A DNA stretch of 61,455 nt, filler included, from Stramenopiles sp. TOSAG23-3 (GCA_900128585.1; 13 parts of 13 records of this genome joined end to end with filler, not necessarily neighbours in it), one strand, 5' to 3'; numbered from the whole stretch's first letter, positions 43,484 to 55,429 are shown. Numbers and translations are program-made. Notes: generated from the letters alone by a model not told the origin.

Positions 43484-44521
43484 TTACTCGTCCTCGTTTT
43501 CGCGCATGAACTTGCGGATGGCGGCTTCCTTCTTTTGCCTGACGGTGTCCTTGCGCTGGGCGTTGCTGCGCTTCTTGTTGGAGCGTTGCTTTGGGAACTG
43601 CTTCAGGGAGGCGGCGCGCTTGGCGTTGGGCTTCTTGGTCTTTCCGTCGGCTTCGTACTCGCGGTCTTTGTTGCACTGGGCGTGTTTTGGGGATGGGTCG
43701 GCGCGGATGGCTTGGTGTACCTTCAAGTAGGTATCTTCCAAGTTCTCTGGGCCCAGGCCGGCCTTGACGTAGGACGCGAACTGCTTCTGGAAGTTGTCGG
43801 TGCCTTCCTCTTCGTCCTGCTCTTGGATGGCCTCCATGTACGCGCTCACGCCGCCGCCAAGGATGCGCTCGCGCATGCTCTCGGCGGAGTAGACCTTGTT
43901 CTCTCCATCGTCCTCGTCCATGTAAAAGCGTTTCTCGTTGTGGGGGATGTCCAATCCACCGTCTACGGCGCCCTTAAGGGCGGAAAAGATGCGGGACCCG
44001 CTGGTGGTCGGCGCAAGGCCAACGTCCAAGTAGGCGCGGAATGGGCGAACGTCGTCGTTTACGGTTTCGACGAAGAACTTTCTCTTTGGGTCGGCGTCCT
44101 CGTTGACGACGATTTCCCCAGTGACGGCATCGACGCCTGGGTACAGGGCGGACAACGAGCTGTCGTCGTCGGCGCCTTGGCTCAGCTTGTGCAACAAGCG
44201 GCGGGCAACTAACAGGCCGGTGCAGTACGCGGCGGCGTAGTTCTTCAGGCCAACGCTCATGCCATAGCGTGGGAGCTCGCTACTGTACGCACTGGCGAGG
44301 ACCTTGTCGCAGTCGATCTGGGAGTAAATGATCTGGCAGATGCAGTACCTGTTCGTGAAGCGTACGACTAACCTATATTTTGGGGTGTTGTACTTGGCCT
44401 TGTGCTGAACGATAAGGCGTTTGCGTGCAAAGTAGTCGGTTTTCCCGGCACGGCGGCGCCTGTACTTGACCTGGAACCGTTTGAAGTAGGCTTTGTTCTT
44501 TTGTATTTTAACGAATGGCAT
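43484..44521 (-). CDS. RPL5: 60S ribosomal protein L5 (uL18)
   Basis: MPFVKIQKNKAYFKRFQVKYRRRRAGKTDY, GLKNYAAAYCTGLL and LKGAVDGGLDIPH. Intronless. Confidence 0.99.
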   Translation of the reverse strand: MPFVKIQKNKAYFKRFQVKYRRRRAGKTDYFARKRLIVQHKAKYNTPKYRLVVRFTNRYCICQIIYSQIDCDKVLASAYSSELPRYGMSVGLKNYAAAYCTGLLVARRLLHKLSQGADDDSSLSALYPGVDAVTGEIVVNEDADPKRKFFVETVNDDVRPFRAYLDVGLAPTTSGSRIFSALKGAVDGGLDIPHNEKRFYMDEDDGENKVYSAESMRERILGGGVSAYMEAIQEQDEEEGTDNFQKQFASYVKAGLGPENLEDTYLKVHQAIRADPSPKHAQCNKDREYEADGKTKKPNAKRAASLKQFPKQRSNKKRSNAQRKDTVRQKKEAAIRKFMRENEDE

Positions 44522-44871
44522 GGTGATGAATTGAAATTATTTCTTATTATATATGTAAACGAATGACAAATGCGAATTGTTGTTGTTCTTTTCAAACCCT
44601 TGAACGAAACGAACTAACAATAATATATTTCTTTCCTTCCCATTCCATTCCATTCGTTCCCCCTCGATTCCTTTTATTACAAATGCCATGGATGGTGAAA
44701 CAAAATTATCCATTTTTTTCCTTTTTCTTTCTTTCTTTCTTTCTTTGCCCTTCCAGCCTTCACTAACTAAGCCTAAGCCTATATACGCTAAGCTAAGCCC
44801 TTTTCTTTCTTTCTTTCTTTCTTCCTTTCTTCTTTCCTATTTAAACCCTTCCTAAGCCTACTTGAGCAAAT

Positions 44872-45000
44872 CCTAATTTAGAAGAAGAAGAAGAAAAAAG
44901 AAAGGGAGAACTTATTTACATAGAAATAGCATAGAAAAAGCAAAGCCTAATTTTACAAGAAGAAGAAAAATAGAGAACTGTATTTACATAGAAATAGCAT
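44872..45000 (+). repeat. Imperfect tandem duplication in the RPL5-RPL14 intergenic region
   Basis: GAGAACT(G)TATTTACATAGAAATAGCAT at 44906-44932 and 44973-45000, each preceded by CCTAATTT and a GAA run. Confidence 0.85.
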
Positions 45001-46110
45001 TGAAATAATCAAATGGAATTTATTACATCAAATGACTGGTCAACAATTTAGTAAACGAATTGATAGGATAGAATCGAATAATAGAATACTATATATTCAT
45101 TATAAGTACATGAATTCTTCTTTTTCATTTCGTTGATTCTGTTCGGAAGTATTTTTGATAGGACATTATATGAATTAGACTATTAAATTATAATTATAAA
45201 TACATATTACTTTTCGCCATCAATCGAATGATTCATATCCCTATATAAAGAATACTAAATTTAATTATAAGTATAAGATATCATGGAAGAAGAAGGAAAA
45301 GGGGGTTCCTTTCTCCCTGTGTCATGTATATCAATGAATGGAGGGAGAAACCCCATCGGTTAATAATATATAGGTCTTCTATTAAGTACATATATTGTAT
45401 ACTAAGGAATTGTGATATGCTTCTTGATGTTTTGATAGGGTTTGTATTAACTACATATATAGTATACTAAATTATTGATATTGGTAGAAATAGGAAGAGA
45501 GCATTGAAAGAATGGAGGATAGGTTCGGCGCCTGAATATACATAGGCATACCATAGGAAATGATTGAGAACCACTCAATTTTTTTAAGATAAAAGTATAC
45601 TAATATGTAGTACTTATATGATATTATTACATAGGATTTATTCAGGATAAAATATTATTTCAGAGAATGGATTCTTCATAGTAACCATGCATATTCGTAT
45701 TCATTATATGTATTGTACTTAATGTTTTATTAGAATACACAATCATTCTATCTATGAACTTATCCATACTTAAGGATAATTATTTTTCCTATGAAAGGAT
45801 TGATAAAACCGTATTGTATACTGTTGAGTGTATTATATATATTTTGTATTTCAATATTATAATTGTAATGCTATGTTTACCTTATTAAATATGGAATCTT
45901 GTTTCTATTTTATTTCATGTTGTTTTCATGAACCTTTTTTTTGGGAAGGAAGGAAAGTATTGAACGAAGGATTGGATCGATATCGTTATGATAGAAACGA
46001 TGGAAGGGAAGGAAGGGCAATGGAAACAATGTCTGAAAGAAACGGAGACGAATTGCAATCCCGTCAGGCTTCCCGTTCTTATACGATTACTAGAAAGAAT
46101 TATAACCAAG

Positions 46111-46509
46111 ATGACATTCACTCGTTTTGTTGAGGTCGGCCGCGTTGCGCTCGTAAACTATGGTCCAGAGACTGGAAAGCTTTGCACCATCATTGACGTA
46201 GTAGACCAGTCCCGTGCTTTGATCGACGGACCAACCAAGTTGACCGGTGTCTCCCGACAGATCATTACCTTGAAGCGTCTTTCACTTACCGATATCAAAG
46301 TAAAGATTGGACTCAATGCCAGGCAAAAGTCCCTTGAGAAAGCGTGGGCCAAGGGCGACGTGGTTGCCAAATGGGCAGCCACCTCCTGGGCCAAAAAGAT
46401 AGCCGCCAAGAAGAAACGTGCCTCCCTTAACGATTTTGGACGATTCAAGATGGCCGCCGCCAAAAGAAAGCGCAACGCCGCCGTTAAAGCCAAAGTTGGA
46501 AGTGCTTAA
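46111..46509 (+). CDS. RPL14: 60S ribosomal protein L14 (eL14)
   Basis: MTFTRFVEVGRVALVNYGP..GKL..IIDVVDQSRALIDGP and LNDFGRFK. True ATG at 46111. Confidence 0.98.
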   Translation: MTFTRFVEVGRVALVNYGPETGKLCTIIDVVDQSRALIDGPTKLTGVSRQIITLKRLSLTDIKVKIGLNARQKSLEKAWAKGDVVAKWAATSWAKKIAAKKKRASLNDFGRFKMAAAKRKRNAAVKAKVGSA

Positions 46510-47191
46510 AGTATGTTTTGCCGCTTTGTAATTATCCTTTTAGCTAAACTTTAAACGTTTGTATACGCGGACACACGCGCACGTATTCATACCACCCCCC
46601 CCCTCCCTCTCTCTCGAGAAGGGGAAAGAAGCAACCACGGTTTGGGATCGACCGGGAGGAACGGTTGATACCGCTCCATCCAAACGCTGCCTTCCTTTCC
46701 ATGCCCACCTTCTTTTCCGATTCGCGTACAGTACGGCCCGCTTAATTTATCTTCCGGTTGGGTGATTCCCATTTCCGTTCGCCTTTGTGCGTCGATGAAT
46801 CGTCGTGCACTCCCCTCCCCCGGGCATATCACATACATGAACACACCATCGTCTTGTTGGAAGAGGAAGAAAAACGACGAGGAGAGTTTGAACCAGCGAT
46901 AGCCGACGTGATATCAGCCCATCGATCGATAGTGAAAGACGACTGCTTGGGCGTAAAGGGAGAAACGAAACGTACAGGGGGTAAAGCGATAAAAACAATT
47001 ACCACGTAATGCCAAAAGTTCAAAACAGGGTTTCAAGATTCTTCTTGACAAGAGGATACACGCACTGTCCTAATATACTAACATAATCATAAGATATCTC
47101 ATTCGTTCAACTTTTTGTAGTTTACACGCTATGCGGGCTCACTGCTTTCTCTCCGGTGAAACTCTGCCTATATCGTTCCCTTCGTCCTCGT

Positions 47192-47231
47192 CCGAGCTCA
47201 ACAAAACGAGTGAATGTCATCTTGGTTATAA
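47192..47231 (-). repeat. Inverted 40-nt copy of the RPL14 start region (46100-46139)
   Basis: 39 of 40 nt identical to TTATAACCAAGATGACATTCACTCGTTTTGTTGAGGTCGG. Confidence 0.95.
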
Positions 47232-47375
47232 AAAAATGATGTAGATATAAAAGTTTTTAACAGTCTGTTTCTTTTNNNNNNNNNNNNNNNNNNNNNNNNN
47301 NNNNNNNNNNNNNNNNNNNTTAATTAATTAANNNNNNNNNNNNNNNNNNNNNNNNNNNNNNNNNNNNNNNNNNNN

Positions 47376-49757
47376 AAAGGCTCACGCACTGTCATCAGGG
47401 CATCTGGGTCAACGAAAGAGAAAGGGAACTGTTTTTCTAACTTTGCCTCTAACTTTTTCACCTCTTTCTCACTAATGTTCAAAAAAAAACGCGGGAGGGA
47501 TGCTATTATATTCTTTCGCCAAACTATTCCCTGATTGTTATGTCCTTCTAGGAGCTCTATCTTTCTTAAGTGCCGCCGGTATTTAAGTTTGATCTTCTGC
47601 AGGTCCTCGCGAACATGCTGCGTAACTTGAACGTTCAAAACATACAGAAAGGTGACGACTCGAACGTCGTGCATGTTTTGAAAGCACGCGTAGAAGAGGC
47701 TGAAACTTTTCGAACCTGTGCGCCGAATCCGTTTCTTCGATTCTTCCGTGGATTGGTGGTCGAGATCAGCGTCCACGTCGACTTCCTCGGCAACTTCTTC
47801 CGCCATTTCTTCCCCGCTTTCGTGCCCCGTCATCTTCTTCAGACGCCTTAGCTCTTTCATTCGCTTCATTTTCAAACGCCTTTGCCGCTCAGCCTCTATC
47901 CTTTTCCTAACGATTTCTTTCTGTTTAAAGTACTTGGTTATATCATCGGGCAAGGTCTCCTTCGCTTTGCTCGCAAAGTGAAATTCCACCACGGCCTGCA
48001 GCTTTACCGGCATTTGAAGCACGGATTCAACCTGATCTTTCTTGGCCCACAATTCGTCTATGGTTTGGAGCAATTTGTTCAAAGAGTACGGCGCGATTCG
48101 AGCCAACCGCGAGGAAGCTTTTAACTTGGCAGCCCCGCTTCTGCGCTTTTTTTGGCCGTTTTGACAGCCGTCGTTCCATATCCTCGTACATGTCGTGGAC
48201 GGCCAGGTCGTCCTCCGTCATTTGATCCACGGTCTTAGTGATTTGTAAATCCATCACCTGAAGATACTCCGGTAGCGCAACAGAGCCTAAAATTTTCCCC
48301 ACGAGAACGTTGCGCCTCTGCGCGTCTTCGCATTTTAACACTTTGATCGAAAGCCCGCCGTACTTTTTTGCGCGCTCTTTGTCGCTCATTAACTTTTCGC
48401 TGAGCTTATCCATCAAAACCTTTTCTTTTTTGTACGTTTCATTGCTTTCATTAATTGCTTTGTAGCTGTCCAGCGCCTCCCTCCCCAATTCAAGAAGTTT
48501 TTTATTCTGTACAATCATCGATAGCCCGTTGACGACTGCACTGGTAAAACCTGGGGGGTTGCTATTCGTCGATGGGCGATCGTTTCCGCTGTCTTCCAGC
48601 ACTAGCTGTTCGTTGTTTTTCTTCATCTTTACAAAATTGTCTTGCAGCACAAGGTAAGCGTTTCTCATGATCTTTGAGTACGGCCCACTGTTTGCAATCT
48701 CTTTGGCGCTGGCTATCGACGCTTCATTGACAAGCTTTTCAAGCTTGCTCTCCAAATCTTTGCTTTGATCACATATGGTTTCCAACAGTTCAGAACGTTC
48801 GCCGATGAACTCTGGCGTCGGCGTATGCGTGTCTCGATCTAAGTACAAGTCCACGGTCGAGTTTTCTTGCTTTTCATACGAGGCGACGAACTTTTTGTCC
48901 AAGGTGGAAAATTTGGCCGCGTCCTTTATGAAATCTTCCAGCACTTCGGCATACTCAACTTTGATCGTCTCTAGTTTTGCCCCAAGGTCCTTCCTCAGCT
49001 CTTTCGCCTCCCTAAATTCTTGGTGGGTGTACATACTGTCCCTTGCTCGGATTCTATCTGCCGTTTTATCGTTTGTCGCATAAATGTCTGTTTTCGTGGC
49101 AGAAATTTGAAATTGGATTCCCTCAGCCCTCGTTCTTAACTCATGGCTAGTCTCTTCGCTCTGCAAGGCTTTCACACGGATTTTATCTATCTGTTTATGT
49201 GCCAGATTTGTTCTACTAAGTGCTCGGTCGCACGCTGCGCGCATTGACCGAATGTTCTCCTTGGTCCGCTGCATTTCTACAATGTTTGTGAGGTTTTTAA
49301 TTTTGTGACTGGCGGCCTTACCTACTAGTTGTTTATTTCTTTCCTCAACCTCCAAGCATTTACTTTTGATTTTTCCAATTTCACCGTTAAGCTTCATCTC
49401 AATCCCTTTGACTACGTCCTTGAAATATACGTTGAATTGACCCTTTCCTTTTCGGTAAAGAATAGCATGCTCCAACGTGCTGTGCATGTGATGAAAAAAC
49501 TTTCCCGTGTCCCTCAAAGTTGCCTCTTTTGAGAGTCTCTGAATGGTGTCCAACGCTTCTTGCGCCTCTTCGTTTGTGTTATCTACAGGCGACTTCTTGT
49601 GAAGCGGTGACACAGGGGGGGTAAAGCTGGTTTCGACCATGGCGACCAACCCGTTTACCAGCGGGGAGACGTACTTTTGCTCCCTCAAAGCGTGTTGCTT
49701 GGGCCGATTTGGGGGCGCAGGGATTGGCCGCGAGGTCGCACTGTTCCGTCCCTTCAT
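47376..49757 (-). CDS. Uncharacterised coiled-coil protein, +1 frameshift near the A7 run 48147-48153, 3'-truncated
   Basis: Two overlapping coding-like ORFs (48027-49757 and contig edge to about 48218). Removing one A gives a continuous ...RPKKRRSGAAKLKASSRLARIAPY... Confidence 0.7.
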
Positions 49758-50806
49758 CTCAGCGTATTTGTCCCGCTTTAGGTTCTTTATTGCATCCCTT
49801 CAGTCGTGTACCGTGAAAGTAAAACTGCCGCGGAAGAGAAGGTGCATATTCTTTCCTTAGATTTTCTTTAATTTCATGGGAACCCCTGTTTTTTTATCTC
49901 TTCGGCAGACTCCGCCCGGCAATTGCACAAGGGGTATTGAGCAGGTATACGATATAGAAACGAGGTGGTTGATTATTATAATAATAATTTTCTTGTTTTG
50001 ATGAATAATAATAATGAATTCGAATTCCGAATGTGGTGCAATATAATTAAATTATTTAATAATAGATATAATAATAATACAAATACACCACCACCAAATA
50101 TGACGATGGTTCCAGTAGGTATTATAATACCTCGTATATAATTTAAGTAATACATTTCTATTTAAAAAGTAACTGCTTGCTTGCGTGAGCTGATTGCACT
50201 TCTTCTACTTCATTTTTACTAATTTCTTCGTTTCTGTAACAATTAAGGAATATTTCATCGATAATATAGTCGTTTAACTGAGGATAAACAAAGAATTCCT
50301 TACTTATTATCATTTAGCTGTGAGGTATTCCCCGGTATTATTAATAATACCTGCTGTGTAATGCTGTGTTACAACAAATAATACAAAAAAAAATTAAAAA
50401 TATATTTGTAGTATTATTACTTGGTATTATTTATATTCGTCGTCGTCTTTCTTCTTCTTCTTTTTTTATTATTATATTTTTTTATAATATTATTTTTATT
50501 TTTGTTGTTCTTTTTTTGTTTGTTGAAATAAAATATTGAAATGGAAAAAATACATACGTTGAAACAAAAAACCCCCAAAAAAATCAGACAGCTAATGGAT
50601 GATCTAGAAGAGACAAGAACTATTGTTGCAGAAATGGATGTTGATAAAATCACTCTTAATCAATTCACGATTCGTTAGCATTTTTGTGGACGTTGTTCCA
50701 AACCTAGCTACTTTTAGGAGGAAACATTTTGCACTGGAGAAAACAAGCGCTGGCTCTGCATAGAATAGCTTTCGAATAGTTTCTGCCCACATTTTTGAAG
50801 GTCAGC

Positions 50807-52004
50807 ATGTCGGCATTTTTAACACCAAATTCGGGGGTTGGAGGGGACAAAGTCAATTCTGTGCAGAGCCCAACTAGCGCAAGTTCCACGGGAGGTGGTG
50901 GTTTGTTTAGAAGGGATTTGATGGCCAAGTCTCGGACAGAATTTTTGAACGATAATACCAAACCATACTTAATTGTCGCTGGCGACTCAACGAGCGCGAC
51001 TCGCTGGTACGAGAGTTCGGAGGAAAGTTTATTTTTCGACCACCTCAAGGAACTCTTCATGTCCGGAAACGGGAACATCTGGGTTGATATTGATTTTTCA
51101 GGAATCCCAGAAGTTAGATTCAAACACCTTTGCCAAGAAATATTATGCCTCCACGATTTGACCGCCCGAGATTGCTTTATTGAAGACAGGACTGTAACCG
51201 ACACGAAAGTCTCTTTGTTTCCAGAATACCTGTTTTGTATTGTTGATACATTGGCTGCACAGGGACTCGACCGAACAGATTTGGTCATTAAGGGCGACAG
51301 AGAAATTGATTTGGAGACAAAAAATCTAAACATAATACTGTTTAAAGCTGCGACCGTGTCCATGCATAATGGACCAATATCGGGCCCATCGGAAGTTTTT
51401 TCACGGGTTGTTGATGGACACAAAGGAAAGATACCGTCTCCGGCATGGATACTCTGGGGGTTATTTGATACCTTGACAGAATCTTTGAATGGTTTGATAA
51501 ATGTATCCGTAAATCTTGTTGAAAGCATTGACTACAAATCGGTACCAGTCGATCCTGACCATAGAATCGACCAGAGCCAAATATTGCGAGAAATGAGAAG
51601 CGCTCGAAAACAGTTGGGAAAGCTTCGTGGGTCTTTGTCCAGTAAGATAGAGTTGCTTAGTAAACTAATCTCAGAGTATCCTCAGATGAAAAGCATGAAG
51701 GTGCATTTGAAGGGTCTTCAAGCGGAAGTAAAGTGGAAAATGGAACGGGTTGTTTTTGCGCAGGAAACGCTGCAAGCGGCTTATCAGAATTATTTAGCAT
51801 TCATTAGCGTTCAAGCAGCGAACGTAAGCAATCAAGCAAATGGGGTTTTAAAGAAAATAACTTTACTTTTGGCATTTACAACCCCGCTAAATTTGATTGC
51901 CTCGATCATGGGAATGAACGTTTATCCTTTGAACCAAGTCTCCATAGGAAATGGCGTGGACGAAGGTTACCAACTGTTTGCTGCGCTGCTGGTGGTCATG
52001 CTTT
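50807..52004 (+). CDS. CorA/Mrs2/Alr1-superfamily Mg2+ transporter (3'-truncated, 5' end uncertain)
   Basis: WVDID...LHDLTARDC motif, a long helical stalk, and a TM with the GMN signature (PLNLIASIMGMNV). Confidence 0.85.
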
Positions 52005-52465
52005 NNNNNNNNNNNNNNNNNNNNNNNNNNNNNNNNNNNNNNNNNNNNTTAATTAATTAANNNNNNNNNNNNNNNNNNNNNNNNNNNNNNNNNNNNNNNN
52101 NNNNTCAAGTGTGCCCCCTCCAGTCTGCTTGGCTAGTGAAATCCCCGCCAAGAAATATACGTCATAACAGAGTAATAATTATTATTATTATTTTTTCCTA
52201 ATATATATTAATATCATTATTATGATGATGAAATATACAATCGTCTATCATCATCTATTAAATAATAATATTATTAATAATAACAAAATATGACAGCCTA
52301 AAAGTACACGACAAGTTCAACATTCAAATAGTTCAACAAACAAGAGACACAAAAACTATTTCGAAATTATATCATTTAACACAACAGAAACTCACAGGAG
52401 AAAGCAAACACGCATTTACATTCGCAAGCAACCTTTCATTTACTTTCACGCCATTCCACAACACC

Positions 52466-53428
52466 ATGAGTCTTCTTGCTACGCTCGCGAAGTTGACGTT
52501 CGGTGATGTACCAACCACCAGCCACAAGGGTGGAAGACCACGTTCGACGCATCCGGGTAAGTGCCGTCGTCATGGTGCCAAGTGCTGGAATCCCAAGTGC
52601 TCGCACCGTCTGCGTCACACAAAGGCACATTCCAAGGTTTCTGGGAAGAAGAAGTCGAAGAAGAATTCCACCAGCCTTGCGGTTGCCCGGCGGCCACAGC
52701 ACACACATGCGAATGCCATGACAGTCTTCTCGGGAGGCTCGAAGATGGTGTCCACTTGCCACGTGCAGCGCTCTACTGTGTACAAGGGTGCGGCTCCAAA
52801 GCCGGTTCCTACGGGCATGTTCAGCTTCGTGATGGATGATTCCGGGTCTATGCAAGGAGGTCGCAAGGTCGACATGTTTGAAGGCTTCAACACTGCCCTG
52901 GGCACCATCAAAGATCGCAAGGCGCACGACCTGGTTGCCGTGTACCCTTTCGCTTGCAGAGCCCAGTGTGCGATGGGTTTTACTCTCGCCAAGAGGGTGG
53001 ATCCGGAGATTATCAGGGCAAAGGTCGACAGTGCTGACACTGGCTGCTACACAGCTTTGCGAGACGGCATTGCCCTGGCCCTTGACTCCATTGATCGGAA
53101 GAGGCAAAAGGACTTTTGCGAGCTTATGGTCATCACGGACGGTTGTGAGAACAGTTCGAGCATTTCAGAGCAAGATCTTAGAGAAAAGATACGCTCGCCT
53201 GGCGTCAAAAATTTTCATTTGACGTTGGTTTACGTTGGAGACAGTCCAAGCGGCGTGGCGCAGCTGAAGGAGATTGCGAACGGGATCGATCACGTTTACG
53301 TTCTCTCAATGAAGCAGGCCAAGGGTAACTTCAAGAAGGCGTTCCGTACGTACATCCAGCAAGCCCAGAAGCGAATCGAGACCATCACTGTGACGCAGAC
53401 ATTCACACGAACGGTGCACAAACGCTAG
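52466..53428 (+). CDS. von Willebrand factor A (MIDAS) protein with N-terminal CCCH-like zinc finger
   Basis: MIDAS motifs VMDDSGSM, TALRDGI and ITDGCENSS. N-terminal CRRHGAKCWNPKCSHRLRH. Confidence 0.85.
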   Translation: MSLLATLAKLTFGDVPTTSHKGGRPRSTHPGKCRRHGAKCWNPKCSHRLRHTKAHSKVSGKKKSKKNSTSLAVARRPQHTHANAMTVFSGGSKMVSTCHVQRSTVYKGAAPKPVPTGMFSFVMDDSGSMQGGRKVDMFEGFNTALGTIKDRKAHDLVAVYPFACRAQCAMGFTLAKRVDPEIIRAKVDSADTGCYTALRDGIALALDSIDRKRQKDFCELMVITDGCENSSSISEQDLREKIRSPGVKNFHLTLVYVGDSPSGVAQLKEIANGIDHVYVLSMKQAKGNFKKAFRTYIQQAQKRIETITVTQTFTRTVHKR

Positions 53429-54147
53429 AGGCCGCTCCCCCACTGCGCACGACATTTAGTCTTGAGGGGTGACACATTAGTGCTAGAGGCACAACACAAG
53501 AAGCGTGACTAGAGGCAGACAGACTTTAGATAACGACCTTTGTACATAACATTGTAAATAAATATATCTTCACCAACACCAAAAATAAAAACAAGAAAAT
53601 TGGCTGTTATATTTAAGTAATTAAAATTAATGTACTGCGAATTGAACTCTACTAAACATTCGAGGTTTACATTCCTTCATGTATTAAATACTGCACACCA
53701 AAAATATAACAGTGTAACAGTGTAAATTTAAGAGTAGTAACAACAAGGAGGCCAACACCGTATACTCATCGCTTTGTTATTATTTTCCTCGAGCTACATC
53801 TTTTTGTACACATTTAGCAGACGAATCAATGATGTAACTTTCATTTTAGGGATCAATCGCCGCCAGGATTCACCCATATTCGATCCACGAGATAGGCACC
53901 ATGTTGCTTCTAACTTCGTCATGTTACTACAGTAACACGTACACCTTCCGTGCGAAAGTGAAAATTAGACGGTGGGAGAGTCGTCAGTATGTTCCTCTCA
54001 TTTTATTTGTCTTATCTTATAAATTAGTAAAAAAACATATAATAGGTTATTCAATTTTAATTACTCGTACTTTAAATAACAGACAATTTTTTGTTTTTAA
54101 TAGGTTATTTTGATATATTGGAGCGTCATTAACTTTGGTTCTGTTTC

Positions 54148-55429
54148 CTAACCGGCAAGGTCGGTGGCTTTGGTTTTTTTAACCACCCCAGCCTTGCTTT
54201 CGCGCAACGATAACATCGCCTTTGCGCCAAAGATGATATCCCTCTTCTTTTTCGCCAACATGTATTTTTTCATCATGGCTAGCACGTCCATAATTCTTTT
54301 GTAAGAACGGCTGCTCAATTTTTTAAGTATCGTTCTAATTTGTTTCTTGTTTTTCATTAGACCCGTCAATTTTTTAAGATTGAATGCAATCTTATTGTGT
54401 TTTTTATTATCCTCCAAGCCAGCCTCTGCATCCAACAACCGGTCAAAAACCATCCTCATACCCTCCCAATCCTCCTCTCTCCAAAACTCGTCCTCATCCC
54501 CCGATGTGCCTGCCTGCGTCGTCGTCATCATCTCGGCATCCACCTCCGTCGAGCTCCGTCGGTCTGCCTGCGTCGTCATCTCCAGGCTACAACCCCGCGA
54601 CAATCGTCTAAACAAGATGCCAACTCCGCCGACTCGCTCTCAGCAGCGAGCTACCTGCGGAACTGTCATCAGAGCTAAGTCTCTCCAGGCTACAACCCTG
54701 CGACAACCCCGCGACAAAATCGTCGAACCCAGACGCCGACTCCGCCGACTCGCTCTCGCCTGACAAAGACGAAGAAAACGGCAGCGAGCTGCAACTGTCA
54801 TCAGAGCTAAGTCTCTCCTCTCTCTCTGACTCTGAAGCCTGCCTCGAAGTCGCGTACTCACTGACCCTCTTCGCCTGAACATGAATGGCTCTGATCTTCA
54901 CACAGTCGCCCATCAGTTCCGAAGTGTCCCTCCCCCTCCGGATCGGGACCTGGTGCACAATGCCGTACTCGTCGACGTACTCCACAACAGTGTGGCGGTC
55001 GACGTAGAACTTCTCAAAGACACCTCCCCTGAAGCCGTACGCCATGCCCATCTGCACACTCTTCACGCCCACCTGCCGATCACCGCATTTGACCCTCAGC
55101 GCGCATTCCCGCCCCTGGAGCCTCTCTCCCGGCTTTCTCCACTTCAGCCGTTGACGCATGAAGTGCTTGCCCTTCCATTGGCACGCTTGCAAGGTGTTGC
55201 GCTCTACAGGCCGATCAACGATCGCAGTGAACCCATTCGTCAGCGTCTTCCGTTGCCGGCGACCCAAGTTCAGGTACAGCGACTGGCCTTTGCCATGAAA
55301 CGGGCCCACATACGCATCCATGATCGTTGGATCACCACCCCAGTGCCGCACGTGCTTCGGCGCCAGCTGGTGGAAGCGAAGCGAAAGCAGGGCTGCGGCG
55401 CCGCTGTAAAGCGGCCCCGCCTCCGACAT
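54148..55429 (-). pseudogene. Orphan gene with internal tandem duplications and a frameshift (or an unrecognised intron)
   Basis: ORF 55429-54608 (MSEAGPLY...) overlaps ORF 54615-54148. The break falls within duplicated blocks at about 54509-54818. Confidence 0.45.

Noticed and set aside
50595-50678. Short ORF MDDLEETRT... as a first exon of the CorA-type gene
   Set aside because: The GT/AG combinations I tried do not restore the frame; left unresolved.
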